This document shows, piece by piece, positions 10,767 through 19,628 of a DNA stretch of 32,000 nt (the stretch's first letter is position 1; every line of letters begins with the position of its first letter). The DNA is taken from the NCBI RefSeq assembly GCF_000350165.1, contig NZ_CAUI01000015.1:221313-253312 (forward strand). The letters run 5' to 3'. Both the position numbers and the translations under genes were made by a program. The notes under the pieces were generated by a model. The model was not told where the DNA came from. It ran no database searches and saw only the letters and a list, made by a program, of their open reading frames with translations. Source of the stretch: Halanaerobium saccharolyticum subsp. saccharolyticum DSM 6643. GTDB lineage: Bacteria; Bacillota; Halanaerobiia; Halanaerobiales; Halanaerobiaceae.

Positions 10767-12422
10767 TTAATCGAGTACCGCTCCTTTAGAAGCTGAACCA
10801 ACTAATTTTGCATAACGTTTGAGATAACCAGTTACCTCAGGCACAAAAGGCTCTACTTTTTCCATTCTGGCTGCTAATTCCTCTGCTGATAATTCTACTT
10901 CCAGAATGAATTTATTCATATCAATGTGAATTATGTCGCCCTCTTCTAAAGCTGCTATTGGTCCTCCGGCTGCTGCTTCGGGTGAAACATGGCCGATTGC
11001 TGCCCCTCTGGTTGCACCAGAAAAACGTCCATCAGTAATTAAGGCTACACTATCATCCAGTCCCATTCCTGCTAAGGCAGAGGTTGGGGACAGCATTTCT
11101 CTCATTCCGGGCCCACCTTTGGGACCTTCATTTTTGATGACTACTACATCCCCTGGATTAATGGCTCCCTGATTAATAGCTGCTATTGTTTCTTCTTCAC
11201 TATTATAAATTCTTGCTGGTCCTCGGTGCTCCATCATATTTTCTGCTACTGCTGCTCTTTTTACAACTGAGCCCTCAGGTGCAAGATTACCTTTTAAAAT
11301 AGAGAGTCCTCCTCTTGCGTGGTAGGGATTATCCAGTGGTCTAATAATCTCGTGATCTACAAATTTAATTGCTTTTAAATTTTCTCTAAGTGACTGACCG
11401 GTTACTGTTACTGTATCTAAATTAATTAAATCACCTTTAACTAATTCATTAATAACTGCATGAATACCGCCAGCTGAGTTTAAATTCTCCATATGATTTT
11501 TACCTGCTGGTGTTAAAGAACAGATATGTGGTACCTGATCACTAATTTCATTAAATTTATCTAAAGGAAGATCTATACCTGCCTCATGCGCAATCGCTGG
11601 TAAATGCAGAGCTGTATTAGTCGAACATCCCAGTGACATATCAACAGTTATTGCATTGGCAAATGACTTTTCTGTTAAAATATCAGAAGGACGAATGTCT
11701 TTTTCGATCAGCTTCATTACTGCTTTACCTGCTGCTTTAGCCAGTCTAATTCGATCAGCTTTAACTGCTGGAATAGTTCCATTACCAGGTAGTGCAAGTC
11801 CTAAGACCTCTGCTAGAGAGTTCATCGAATTAGCTGTAAACATCCCGGCACAGGATCCGACCCCCGGACAGGCTGAGCGTGCAATTTGATCTAATTCTTC
11901 TACTTCCATCTCACCAGAAGTAACTGAACCTACTGCTTCAAATACATTGTGTAAGTCAATTGCTTCACCACAGTGACTGCCGGCTTCCATCGGTCCACCA
12001 CTAATTACTATTGCTGGAATATCTAATCTGGCTGCTGCCATCATCATTCCAGGAACAATTTTATCACAGTTTGGTATTAAAACTAGTCCATCAAGCTGAT
12101 GTCCATTAACTACGGCTTCGACTGAATCTGCAATAATTTCGCGGCTGGCCAGTGAATAATGCATGCCGCTGTGGCCCATTGCAATTCCATCACAGACACC
12201 AATTGTGGAAAAAGTTAGCGCTGTACCACCAGCTGCTGTTATACCATGTTCTACTGCATCTTTAATTCTATCTAAGTGTTTGTGACCAGGTATAATATCA
12301 TTTGCTGAATTAGCAATACCAATCATTGGTTTATCTAAATCATCATCGTCAAGTCCCAGTGCATAAAGTAATGATCTGTGGGGAGCTCTTTCGATTCCTT
12401 TTTTAATTTTATCACTTCTCAT
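10767..12422 (-). CDS. ilvD: Dihydroxy-acid dehydratase
   Basis: 551 aa with [19 protein letters not shown] at the N-terminus, CDKIVPGM and TDGRFSG motifs. RBS AGGAGGA. Confidence 0.95.
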   Translation of the reverse strand: MRSDKIKKGIERAPHRSLLYALGLDDDDLDKPMIGIANSANDIIPGHKHLDRIKDAVEHGITAAGGTALTFSTIGVCDGIAMGHSGMHYSLASREIIADSVEAVVNGHQLDGLVLIPNCDKIVPGMMMAAARLDIPAIVISGGPMEAGSHCGEAIDLHNVFEAVGSVTSGEMEVEELDQIARSACPGVGSCAGMFTANSMNSLAEVLGLALPGNGTIPAVKADRIRLAKAAGKAVMKLIEKDIRPSDILTEKSFANAITVDMSLGCSTNTALHLPAIAHEAGIDLPLDKFNEISDQVPHICSLTPAGKNHMENLNSAGGIHAVINELVKGDLINLDTVTVTGQSLRENLKAIKFVDHEIIRPLDNPYHARGGLSILKGNLAPEGSVVKRAAVAENMMEHRGPARIYNSEEETIAAINQGAINPGDVVVIKNEGPKGGPGMREMLSPTSALAGMGLDDSVALITDGRFSGATRGAAIGHVSPEAAAGGPIAALEEGDIIHIDMNKFILEVELSAEELAARMEKVEPFVPEVTGYLKRYAKLVGSASKGAVLD

Positions 12423-12475
12423 TTTATTCCTCCTATGCTGCTCACTTCTTATTGAAAAGCACTATTTTATTTTAA

Positions 12476-13357
12476 TTAATCATTATAAATTTCTGTTCCT
12501 GTTGAACCTGCTATTTCTCTAAACTTTGCTATTAGATCTTTGGTTCTCTGGCCTACACTACCATCTGCAATTGTTCTGCCATCAACTTCTACTACTGGTA
12601 TAACCTCAGCTGCTGTTCCACTTAAGAAACATTCTTCAGCATTAAAAAGATCATGTCTTGTAAATAGCTCTTCTTTAATTTCTAATCCCATTTCTGCTGC
12701 TATTTCAAGAACTACTTCCCTTTTGGTTCCTTTTAAAATACCTGCATATTTAGGTGGTGTATAAAGTTTACCTTCTTCTATAATAAAGATATTATCCCCT
12801 GTGCATTCTGCAACATAGCCATCACTGTTTAAAATAATAGCCTCAGGTGCATTCTGCATATTAGCTTCTAGTCGGGCCATAATATTATTTAAATAGTTAA
12901 GTGATTTAATTCTGGGGTTGACCATCTCGGGTCCGTTTCTGCGAGTTGGTACTGTAACTAATTTTAAACCAGTCTCATATAATTCTTCTGGATAAAGCTG
13001 AATTGCACTGGCAATAATAACTATTGTAGGCTCTGGACACTTACGGGGATCTAATCCTAAGTCTCCAACTCCTCTGGAGACAACTACTCTTATGTAAGCA
13101 TCCTGTAAATCATTGGCTCTAATTGTTTTTAAAATTGCTGCTTCCATTTCTTTTTTGTTTAAAGGAATATCCAGCATAATTGTTTTAGCTGATTGATATA
13201 AGCGCTTAATATGCTGATCAAGCATAAATACCCGCCCGTTATAGGCTCTAATTCCCTCAAAAATTCCATCACCATAAAGATAGCCATGGTCAAAAACTGA
13301 AATTTGCGCCTGATCTTCAGGGACAATTTCTCCATTCAGATAAATATTTCTACTCAC
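12476..13357 (-). CDS. ilvE: Branched-chain amino-acid aminotransferase (fold type IV)
   Basis: 293 aa with GDGIFEGIRAY and a class IV aminotransferase layout. GTG start at 13357 is preceded by GAGGAGGA. Confidence 0.88.
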   Translation of the reverse strand: MSRNIYLNGEIVPEDQAQISVFDHGYLYGDGIFEGIRAYNGRVFMLDQHIKRLYQSAKTIMLDIPLNKKEMEAAILKTIRANDLQDAYIRVVVSRGVGDLGLDPRKCPEPTIVIIASAIQLYPEELYETGLKLVTVPTRRNGPEMVNPRIKSLNYLNNIMARLEANMQNAPEAIILNSDGYVAECTGDNIFIIEEGKLYTPPKYAGILKGTKREVVLEIAAEMGLEIKEELFTRHDLFNAEECFLSGTAAEVIPVVEVDGRTIADGSVGQRTKDLIAKFREIAGSTGTEIYND

Positions 13358-13462
13358 TACTTTGTCCTCCTCAAAATGTTATACTCTTACTAAAACTTCT
13401 TTATTAATGCTATTTATTTATCTATAGGGATAGCATTATATTTAATTATATATTGGTTATAA

Positions 13463-13491
13463 ATTATATAGTTAAATATTTGAAATGTCAA
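13463..13491 (-). promoter_or_regulatory. Consensus sigma-A promoter for ilvE-ilvD
   Basis: Minus strand TTGACA-17 nt (tttcaaatatttaacta)-TATAAT, a perfect consensus about 105 nt upstream of the ilvE GTG. Confidence 0.6.
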
Positions 13492-13499
13492 GTTTTAGA

Positions 13500-13528
13500 A
13501 AAGAAAAAAACTCCCAATTAAGGGAGTT
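13500..13528 (-). terminator. Rho-independent terminator after the 192-aa secreted-protein gene
   Basis: Minus strand AACTCCC-ttaat-GGGAGTT followed by TTTTTTTCTTTTC. Confidence 0.6.
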
Positions 13529-13544
13529 AATTAAGTAATTAATT

Positions 13545-14123
13545 TTATTCATTATCTCCAGCAAATGATCCCCTGATTTCAAAACCTAAGTAATAAAAAT
13601 TTGTTTTGTCTTCTTCTTCATTGTTGAGAATACCACTAGAATTATATTCTTTATCTTTATTATAACTTCTATTAAAACCAAAAAACATCTTATTTTCATT
13701 TTCAAATTCATAATCTAAAAAAAGATCTAGTAAACTCATTCTGTTTTCATCACCATCATCATTATACTCACTGTAAGGCTTGTATAAATATTTACCATGA
13801 AGAATTAAATTTTCACTAACTGCAGTATCAAGTGCCATTAAATAAAACATCGAGTCGTAATCACTACTGTTATCTAAAATTGAACCAGAAAAATAATTTG
13901 TTTCACCAGAAGAATCAAATCGCCCAATAATTGGTGTAAGCCGGTATTCTCCTTTTTCTAATTCTCCAGGTTCAATTGGTCTGATATAATCTAACTGCCA
14001 GTCTGACATCATTATGTCAGAACCTAAAATCATTGATTCTAATCCCATCTGAGCAAATACTCCACTGCTTAGAGTAAAAATAAAAAATAATGCTATTCCA
14101 CATACAAGTAATTTTTTGTGCAT
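13545..14123 (-). CDS. Secreted hypothetical protein, possibly a small outer-membrane beta-barrel
   Basis: N-terminal signal peptide MHKKLLVCGIALFFIFTLSSGVFA|Q. About eight alternating-hydrophobic, Tyr/Phe-rich segments (YRLTPIIGRF, NYFSGSIL, MFYLMALDTAV, LILHGKYLYKPY, LLDLFLDYEF, KMFFGFNRSY, FYYLGFEIRGSF). The function is an inference only. Confidence 0.5.
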   Translation of the reverse strand: MHKKLLVCGIALFFIFTLSSGVFAQMGLESMILGSDIMMSDWQLDYIRPIEPGELEKGEYRLTPIIGRFDSSGETNYFSGSILDNSSDYDSMFYLMALDTAVSENLILHGKYLYKPYSEYNDDGDENRMSLLDLFLDYEFENENKMFFGFNRSYNKDKEYNSSGILNNEEEDKTNFYYLGFEIRGSFAGDNE

Positions 14124-14145
14124 AAAGACTCCCCCTTATTTTTTT

Positions 14146-14172
14146 GCAGGATTTTTGTCGATTATCCTGAAT
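14146..14172 (+). promoter_or_regulatory. Candidate sigma-H-like promoter upstream of the LuxR-type regulator gene
   Basis: Plus strand GCAGGATTT-ttgtcgattat(11)-cctGAAT. Same geometry as the copies at 943-969 and 31664-31690, and shares TTTTGCAGGA with them. Confidence 0.3.
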
Positions 14173-14246
14173 AATATATTAAGAATAACATTTTTTATAT
14201 TATTTTGTTATTACCCAAAAGTGTAATTTTTAGGAGGAGTAAACAC

Positions 14247-15020
14247 GTGAATTTAGAAATCAAATGGGAAATTATTTTAGATATTATTTATAAAACAGGT
14301 AGAATTATTGATTTACATAAGTATTCCTATTATTTTTTAAAAGAACTTAATCAAATTATCCCATTTTATGCTGCTAATTTTTTTCTTTTTGACAACGAAA
14401 AAGAATTAATATGTGATCCTATCTGTTTTAATATTAGTGATAGTGTATTAAAAGACTATAATGATTATTACTGGCAAATAGATGACATTAGAAATTTAGC
14501 TTTTGATCAGCATGAACCAATTATTAGCACTCAATTAATGGATTATAATAGTTGGACTAATACTGAATATTTTAATGATTTTCTGGCTAAAAACAGACTA
14601 TATTATTCCTGTGGAATTGATATCCACGCCGAAAAAAGACTTTTAGGGACTATCAGTCTTTTTAGAACCTGCAAGGATAGAAATTTTGGCCCTGCTGATC
14701 TAATCTATTTAAATCTTTTAGCTAAACACAGCAGTAATCATCTTAAAAAATTGTTTGAAATAGATAGATTGAAAAAACAAAGAAATAAAAAGCAAGAAAA
14801 TATAATTATACATAAAGCAGAAAACTTTAATTTAAGCAAAAGAGAAAAAGATGTTTTGAAACTTATTTTATTAGGTAAGACTAACGAAGAAATTGCAAAA
14901 AATTTATTTATTTCAGTTAATACAGTTAAAAAACACCTCAGCCATATTTTTAATAAAACAGAGGTACATAATAGAACTGAATTAGCTTCTCTAATTTATA
15001 AGAAAACCTCAGCTTTTTAA
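14247..15020 (+). CDS. LuxR/FixJ-family HTH transcriptional regulator with an uncharacterised N-terminal sensor-like domain
   Basis: C-terminal LuxR HTH (LSKREKDVLKLILLGKTNEEIAKNLFISVNTVKKHLSHIFNKTEVHNRTELA). No receiver-domain motifs in the N-terminal 190 aa. I prefer GTG at 14247 (AGGAGG 9 nt upstream) over the track's TTG at 14205. Confidence 0.8.
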   Translation: MNLEIKWEIILDIIYKTGRIIDLHKYSYYFLKELNQIIPFYAANFFLFDNEKELICDPICFNISDSVLKDYNDYYWQIDDIRNLAFDQHEPIISTQLMDYNSWTNTEYFNDFLAKNRLYYSCGIDIHAEKRLLGTISLFRTCKDRNFGPADLIYLNLLAKHSSNHLKKLFEIDRLKKQRNKKQENIIIHKAENFNLSKREKDVLKLILLGKTNEEIAKNLFISVNTVKKHLSHIFNKTEVHNRTELASLIYKKTSAF

Positions 15021-15037
15021 ATAAACTGAGGCTTTTG
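15003..15037. terminator. Putative bidirectional terminator between the convergent LuxR gene and the last pilin gene
   Basis: CCTCAG-N13-CTGAGG is followed by CTTTTGAG on the plus strand and by TTTTCTT on the minus strand. The stem is short, so this is tentative. Confidence 0.4.
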
Positions 15038-15046
15038 AGTTAATAA

Positions 15047-15541
15047 TTATTTTTTAAATTTAATATACTGATCTGTATCATTTGCAGATGTTGATGAGAA
15101 ATTATTTAAAATAATTTCTCGTGGAACATCACCAATATTTATTATAAGAGAATCTGGACTATTATTTTCAGTATTGAGCTCAAATGAGACTGTTTGGGTT
15201 TTAGTAAACTCAATAACTGTTCTATCAGTGCCACTATTATCTCTATATTTAAATTCTGCCCCATCAAAACCAATTATTGCTTCTCCTGAGTCTAAAGCTT
15301 CATTATAATCAGACACTAGTTCAATCCTGGTTGAATTTCTAATATTCTCTGCAATATAACTTGTTAAAAACCTGATTTCTCTTTGGGTAGCAGATTTTTC
15401 TTCAGTAAAATAGAAATTTCTGATCCCAGAACTAAAACTACTAAAAACTGCTGTTAATATTATTCCCCCTAAGGCAATAATAATTATAATTTCAACAAGC
15501 GAAAATCCATCTTTATCATTTATTTTTTTTAATAAAATCAA
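15047..15541 (-). CDS. Type IV prepilin-like protein (minor pilin, module 3)
   Basis: Class III signal peptide MILLKKINDKDG|FSLVEIIIIIALGGIIL with Glu5. TTG start. Confidence 0.8.
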   Translation of the reverse strand: MILLKKINDKDGFSLVEIIIIIALGGIILTAVFSSFSSGIRNFYFTEEKSATQREIRFLTSYIAENIRNSTRIELVSDYNEALDSGEAIIGFDGAEFKYRDNSGTDRTVIEFTKTQTVSFELNTENNSPDSLIINIGDVPREIILNNFSSTSANDTDQYIKFKK

Positions 15542-15571
15542 TTATATCACATCCTAAATTACTAAATTTTA

Positions 15572-15931
15572 TTAAGGAGAGATGGGATAAGCATAATAAT
15601 TAATTTCTAAAGTCCCTTCACCTATACCTGTAAATGAATAATTTTTAGTTATTGAATACTCATTTAGAACTATTGAAGCTAATTCTGTGTTGTTTACATC
15701 ATTTTCTATGAATTTAATAGTAATTGGTGTGGTTGATGTTCCTGCACCCCTGAGATCATTAATCAGACTTGCTCTGGCCTCATTTATTGCATTAGTTTTA
15801 TCCGTAAAACTAAAAACTGTTCTTACCCCTTGATAAAACAGAGGAAAAATAGCAGCAGCTATAATCCCAATAATGAGTATTGATATAATAACCTCAATCA
15901 AAGTAAATCCTTTTTCAAACAATATAATCAC
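15572..15931 (-). CDS. Type IV prepilin-like protein (minor pilin, module 3)
   Basis: ...FEKG|FTLIEVIISILIIGIIAAAIF with Glu5. The track ORF starts at 15982 inside the upstream gene. GTG at 15931 or TTG at 15922, just after the upstream stop and an AAGAGGGGTGA RBS, gives a normal short leader. The exact start is uncertain. Confidence 0.72.
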   Translation of the reverse strand: MIILFEKGFTLIEVIISILIIGIIAAAIFPLFYQGVRTVFSFTDKTNAINEARASLINDLRGAGTSTTPITIKFIENDVNNTELASIVLNEYSITKNYSFTGIGEGTLEINYYAYPISP

Positions 15932-15941
15932 CCCTCTTATT

Positions 15942-17087
15942 TTACTCCCATTTTCCTCTTGCATAAATAGAAAAATTATCATTTGGAGAATCTATTGGGC
16001 TATACTTTATTTCAGTACCTCCATTTTCTAGTTTTAATGTATTTGAAATTATTGCACCCTCTGATAATCCCTGTGTTTCAAATTGAATATCTAAATTTGG
16101 AGCATAAATATATCCATAAAATGCGGATGATGTTTCTATTTTATATTCTATTTCATCTTTATCTATAGGGAGTTCACTCGATAATGCTTCTGCATTATTT
16201 TTTTCCATTATATAAAATTTACTTGGGTCATAAGATGAATTTTCAAGTTCCGGACTAATAATCGCATTTTCTTCTGATTTAAAATAATTAGTATGAATAA
16301 TTAATCTTCCAGTACCAGTGCTGTTAATCTTTATTTCAGAATCATTACCTAATTTAACTTCGTTTTCAACATAAACATGAATATCTTCATTTTCAACTGA
16401 AAACTCTAATGTTTCATTTTGAATGTCAATATTTTTAACTGCTATAATACCATCAGAATTCAAGTCAGAAGAAGTATAAATTTTATTTGTATCAAATACA
16501 ATAGCATCATTATAATTTATTGGTTCATCAGGAAAACCAAATTCGTCAACATCAGGCAAAGTTTTTTCAACTTCATAAGCAATATTTCCATCAACATCAG
16601 CCTCTTCTATTATGAGATCTTCATTAGTACCTCCAGTACCTACATCTCCAATAATTGATCCAAATGTTTCTAGTTTACCACCAATTTTCATATATACAGC
16701 CAAATCAAAGATACTGATTTTATCTATATTAAGAATAACCTTTTCTGAAACTGAATTTACTTCTGATGTAGAGTTAATTTTGAAACCAGACGTTGAAGAT
16801 TCCACTTTAATATTTGAAACTTTATCATTATTTTTAACTATATTAAAATCAACTTCACCAAGAGTAAGATCACCTTTTTCTAGCATAGCCTCAGCTGTTA
16901 AATCTGCTCCCGCTCTAGCTAGATAATAAGCTTTAATCTGGTTCTTATCCCTTTCAGCTTGTTTATATTCAGCCAAAGTTATTCTTAAAATGACTGAGCC
17001 AAAAACTAAAAGAACAGCTAAAACCACAAAAGTTGTAACCAAAAAATATCCGTTTTCTCCAATTGATTTAAATGGTTTTTTTAACAT
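15942..17087 (-). CDS. PilX-N/GspK-like large pseudopilin (no Glu5), module 3
   Basis: MLKKPFKSIGENG|YFLVTTFVVLAVLLVFG, then the KAYYLARAGADL motif shared with the 333-aa and 389-aa paralogues. C-terminal FYGYIYAPNLDIQF...GAIISNTLKL..GGTEIKY resembles the PilX/TadG-type motif. RBS AGGAGGG. Confidence 0.65.
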   Translation of the reverse strand: MLKKPFKSIGENGYFLVTTFVVLAVLLVFGSVILRITLAEYKQAERDKNQIKAYYLARAGADLTAEAMLEKGDLTLGEVDFNIVKNNDKVSNIKVESSTSGFKINSTSEVNSVSEKVILNIDKISIFDLAVYMKIGGKLETFGSIIGDVGTGGTNEDLIIEEADVDGNIAYEVEKTLPDVDEFGFPDEPINYNDAIVFDTNKIYTSSDLNSDGIIAVKNIDIQNETLEFSVENEDIHVYVENEVKLGNDSEIKINSTGTGRLIIHTNYFKSEENAIISPELENSSYDPSKFYIMEKNNAEALSSELPIDKDEIEYKIETSSAFYGYIYAPNLDIQFETQGLSEGAIISNTLKLENGGTEIKYSPIDSPNDNFSIYARGKWE

Positions 17088-17118
17088 AAGTCAGCCCTCC
17101 TGACTAGAAATGAGATTA

Positions 17119-17166
17119 ATAAACAAAAAAGTAAATATAAATCAATAAAGACCTATATTTACTTTT
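17119..17166 (-). terminator. AT-rich intrinsic terminator (T2) between accessory pilin modules 2 and 3
   Basis: Minus strand AAAAGTAAATATA-ggtctttattgatt-TATATTTACTTTT followed by TTGTTTATT. Sequence-related to the terminator after pilQ (19527-19585). Confidence 0.5.
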
Positions 17167-17294
17167 AAAGACATAAGAGTTATAACTATCAGGAACCCAC
17201 CAATATTTAGTTTTTTATTATTTACTTTCTAATCTAATTATATCAGATTATACTAAGGAAATATATAGAATTTAATATATTATTACAATTTATT

Positions 17295-17741
17295 TTATGG
17301 AGTCATATTTCTAGGAACAATCTTTGTATTAACTGTTTCAAATTTGCTGCATTCATCATCCCTGCAAACTTCAATTATTATTTCATAAACTTCATCCAAT
17401 TTAACAATATTAAAACCTTTTATATTTGGAATACGTTTTTTTAATGTTTCATCACTGTTATTAATTAAAATTTCTTTATTTTCATATTTTACAATAGTTT
17501 TCCCATTTAAAATAATTTTATCATCATCTTCATCAATTTTAGAAGCATTTCTGGCATATTTAGAAATTTCAGTTAGTCTAATTTCTGCAATTTGTTTTGT
17601 ATTCATTCTTTTAGTGCTAGGTCGAACAATATTAAATAAATCAACTAAAAAACCTGTTGATACAGCAACTACAATTCCTACAATTGCAAGGGCTAACATT
17701 AGTTCTACTAATGTAAATCCCTTTTCTTTTTTTATATCCAT
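17295..17741 (-). CDS. Type IV prepilin-like protein (minor pilin, module 2)
   Basis: MDIKKEKG|FTLVELMLALAIVGIVVAV with Glu5. The start abuts the upstream stop. Confidence 0.8.
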   Translation of the reverse strand: MDIKKEKGFTLVELMLALAIVGIVVAVSTGFLVDLFNIVRPSTKRMNTKQIAEIRLTEISKYARNASKIDEDDDKIILNGKTIVKYENKEILINNSDETLKKRIPNIKGFNIVKLDEVYEIIIEVCRDDECSKFETVNTKIVPRNMTP

Positions 17742-18182
17742 TTATTCATCACCTGCCAAAAGCACTTCAGTAGTATAAGTTCTATCATCCCATGTTATTT
17801 TAATTTTAAATAAAAACAAATTAGAAGCAGGAATTTCATCTTCTGGATCACGTTCAATAATAATATTCTTGTTAGAGTCATCATTAAGACCAATAGAATA
17901 GTTTTGATTTTCATCGTTAATAATATTTTCAATATCATTAATAAGATTAGAATCTATATCTTCCCAATTTTCTTCATTTTTCCAATTATCTTTATTAGCT
18001 CTTAAACTTTCAATAATAGAATCTGTAACTCTAATCCCTTCTAGTCGTTGATTTACTCTTGATTCAACTCTGAATGAATTAATAATACCTCCAGAAAAAG
18101 CGATAACCAGAATCAATATTATTCCTAAAGAAATTACAATTTCTAATAAAGTAAAACCTTCTTCTTGTTTTATTAGTTCCAT
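17742..18182 (-). CDS. Type IV prepilin-like protein (minor pilin, module 2)
   Basis: MELIKQEEG|FTLLEIVISLGIILILV with Glu5. ATG at 18182 has a GAGGGA RBS 7 nt upstream. The track start at 18215 would overlap the upstream gene and give an atypically long leader. Confidence 0.78.
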   Translation of the reverse strand: MELIKQEEGFTLLEIVISLGIILILVIAFSGGIINSFRVESRVNQRLEGIRVTDSIIESLRANKDNWKNEENWEDIDSNLINDIENIINDENQNYSIGLNDDSNKNIIIERDPEDEIPASNLFLFKIKITWDDRTYTTEVLLAGDE

Positions 18183-18199
18183 AATGTAATCCCTCATCT

Positions 18200-19201
18200 C
18201 TATAATTGACTCCAATTTTTAATTTTTGGTTCAGGAGAATAAACAAAATCATTAGGTAAATCATCTGAATTTACATAAAACCCACCAGTTCCTCTGAAAT
18301 CAAGATAATAATCATGCTTGTTTGAGTTTTCAGAGTATATAAAAACTAAAGTATTATCCCAATCATCAGATCTTGAAGCTCCATTATGTGATAAATTATC
18401 TTTAATAAAAATAACTGAATTATCAATTTCTAATTTTGTATTAATATCGAATTCACCTTCTACAACAATAATAGAATTTTTAATAACTTCTGGGGCTTTT
18501 TTATTGCCACCACCAGACTTCATTATTAAATTACCATTTCTAATTAAAATATTTTGAGAATCAATAGTATTATTTTCATCCATAGTATCACTCAAATTAA
18601 AATCATTATTCTCAAAAACATGATTAAAACCACTATTATCAAAATCATCCTCATTAAAAAATTTTTGATCTAAAAACATTTTTGCTAAACTCAAAAAAGT
18701 TTCACTTGGCCATTCATTAAAACTTATATGATCTTCTAAATTTCCTCCTGCATCTTTATAGTGTTCTTCTTCCTCTTTATTATCTTCTTTTTTTATATTA
18801 AAATTTTTCAAGTTACCAAGTAAACCAAAACTAATATCAAATTTAATTTTCTGAATATATTCTCTATCGGAATTTAAATCATATATACCTTTAGAAGTAA
18901 CTTCATAATCATCTCCATCATCTTTAATATCTATTTCAAATTTAATATCTTTTGAGCCTAAATCTAAGTCCTCACTATCAATTTCTTTAATTCCATCGGA
19001 AACTATATCATCTATATTTGCCCTTACAAATTCCACTCCAGAATCAGCATTATAAAAAGCTTTAGACATACCCTCTTCGTGAACAGCTATATTTATATGA
19101 TTCCTTGCAGTTGTAGCTAATGCTGTAACTAATACAGTTCCCACTAATAATAGCAAAAGCACTAAAACTAAAGCTGCACCATCTTCATTTTTTTTAAACA
19201 T
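18200..19201 (-). CDS. PilX-N/GspK-like large pseudopilin (no Glu5), module 2
   Basis: MFKKNEDG|AALVLVLLLLLVGTVLVTALA, then KAFYNADSGVEF (PilX_N-like). RBS AAGGAGG. Confidence 0.62.
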   Translation of the reverse strand: MFKKNEDGAALVLVLLLLLVGTVLVTALATTARNHINIAVHEEGMSKAFYNADSGVEFVRANIDDIVSDGIKEIDSEDLDLGSKDIKFEIDIKDDGDDYEVTSKGIYDLNSDREYIQKIKFDISFGLLGNLKNFNIKKEDNKEEEEHYKDAGGNLEDHISFNEWPSETFLSLAKMFLDQKFFNEDDFDNSGFNHVFENNDFNLSDTMDENNTIDSQNILIRNGNLIMKSGGGNKKAPEVIKNSIIVVEGEFDINTKLEIDNSVIFIKDNLSHNGASRSDDWDNTLVFIYSENSNKHDYYLDFRGTGGFYVNSDDLPNDFVYSPEPKIKNWSQL

Positions 19202-19315
19202 TTATTTGCCTCCTTGTTTATATCTAATTATAATTTTATTCAACTTATACTTAATTTTAAGCTTAAAATCATATTACCAAAAAATTTAAATAAACTTTAG
19301 ACTTAAAATTAATCA

Positions 19316-19435
19316 TAAACAAAATAATCCACAGCAAATTCACTGTGGCATAAACCTGAGGCAAACTTGACAATCATAGATAAATTCCGTAGATTCAAGT
19401 CTTTGCGTAATAATTTTTCAATTATCTTGCCGTTA
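19316..19435 (-). promoter_or_regulatory. GEMM-I (c-di-GMP-I)-like riboswitch aptamer plus intrinsic terminator, copy A
   Basis: Minus-strand RNA: GGCAAG-AUAAUU-GAAA-AAUUAU-U-ACGCAAAG-ACUUGA-AUCUACGGAAUUUAUCUAUGAUUG-UCAAGU-UUGCC. This gives a GNRA-capped P1a, the conserved GCAA and ACGCAAAG strands, a P1b with receptor-like CUAcGG...CUAUG, and P1 closure. It is followed by CCUCAGGU, then CCACAG-ugaauuug-CUGUGG AUUAUUUUGUUU. Recognised by eye; no covariance model was run. Confidence 0.62.
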
Positions 19436-19460
19436 AAATATTTTATTAGTTGTTTTATTA

Positions 19461-19489
19461 ATTGTATACTTAATTTTTTATTTTTACAA
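19461..19489 (-). promoter_or_regulatory. Internal sigma-A-type promoter driving riboswitch copy A and the accessory pilin modules
   Basis: Minus strand TTGTAA-17 nt-TACAAT, about 25 nt upstream of the aptamer and downstream of the pilQ terminator. Confidence 0.5.
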
Positions 19490-19526
19490 TAAACGCTTTA
19501 ACAATAATTAAAATTTTTGTAGTTTT

Positions 19527-19585
19527 GAAAAAATAAATAAAAAAAGTAAACATGAATCTCTCTTAAAGACCCATATTTACTTTTT
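19527..19585 (-). terminator. Intrinsic terminator (T1) after pilQ
   Basis: Minus strand AAAAAGTAAATATG-ggtctttaagagagattc-CATGTTTACTTTTT (14 bp with one G-U) followed by TTATTTATTTTTT. Confidence 0.55.
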
Positions 19586-19628
19586 ATTAATGATATTTCA
19601 AACTTTAGAAGTTACTCCACTACAATAT

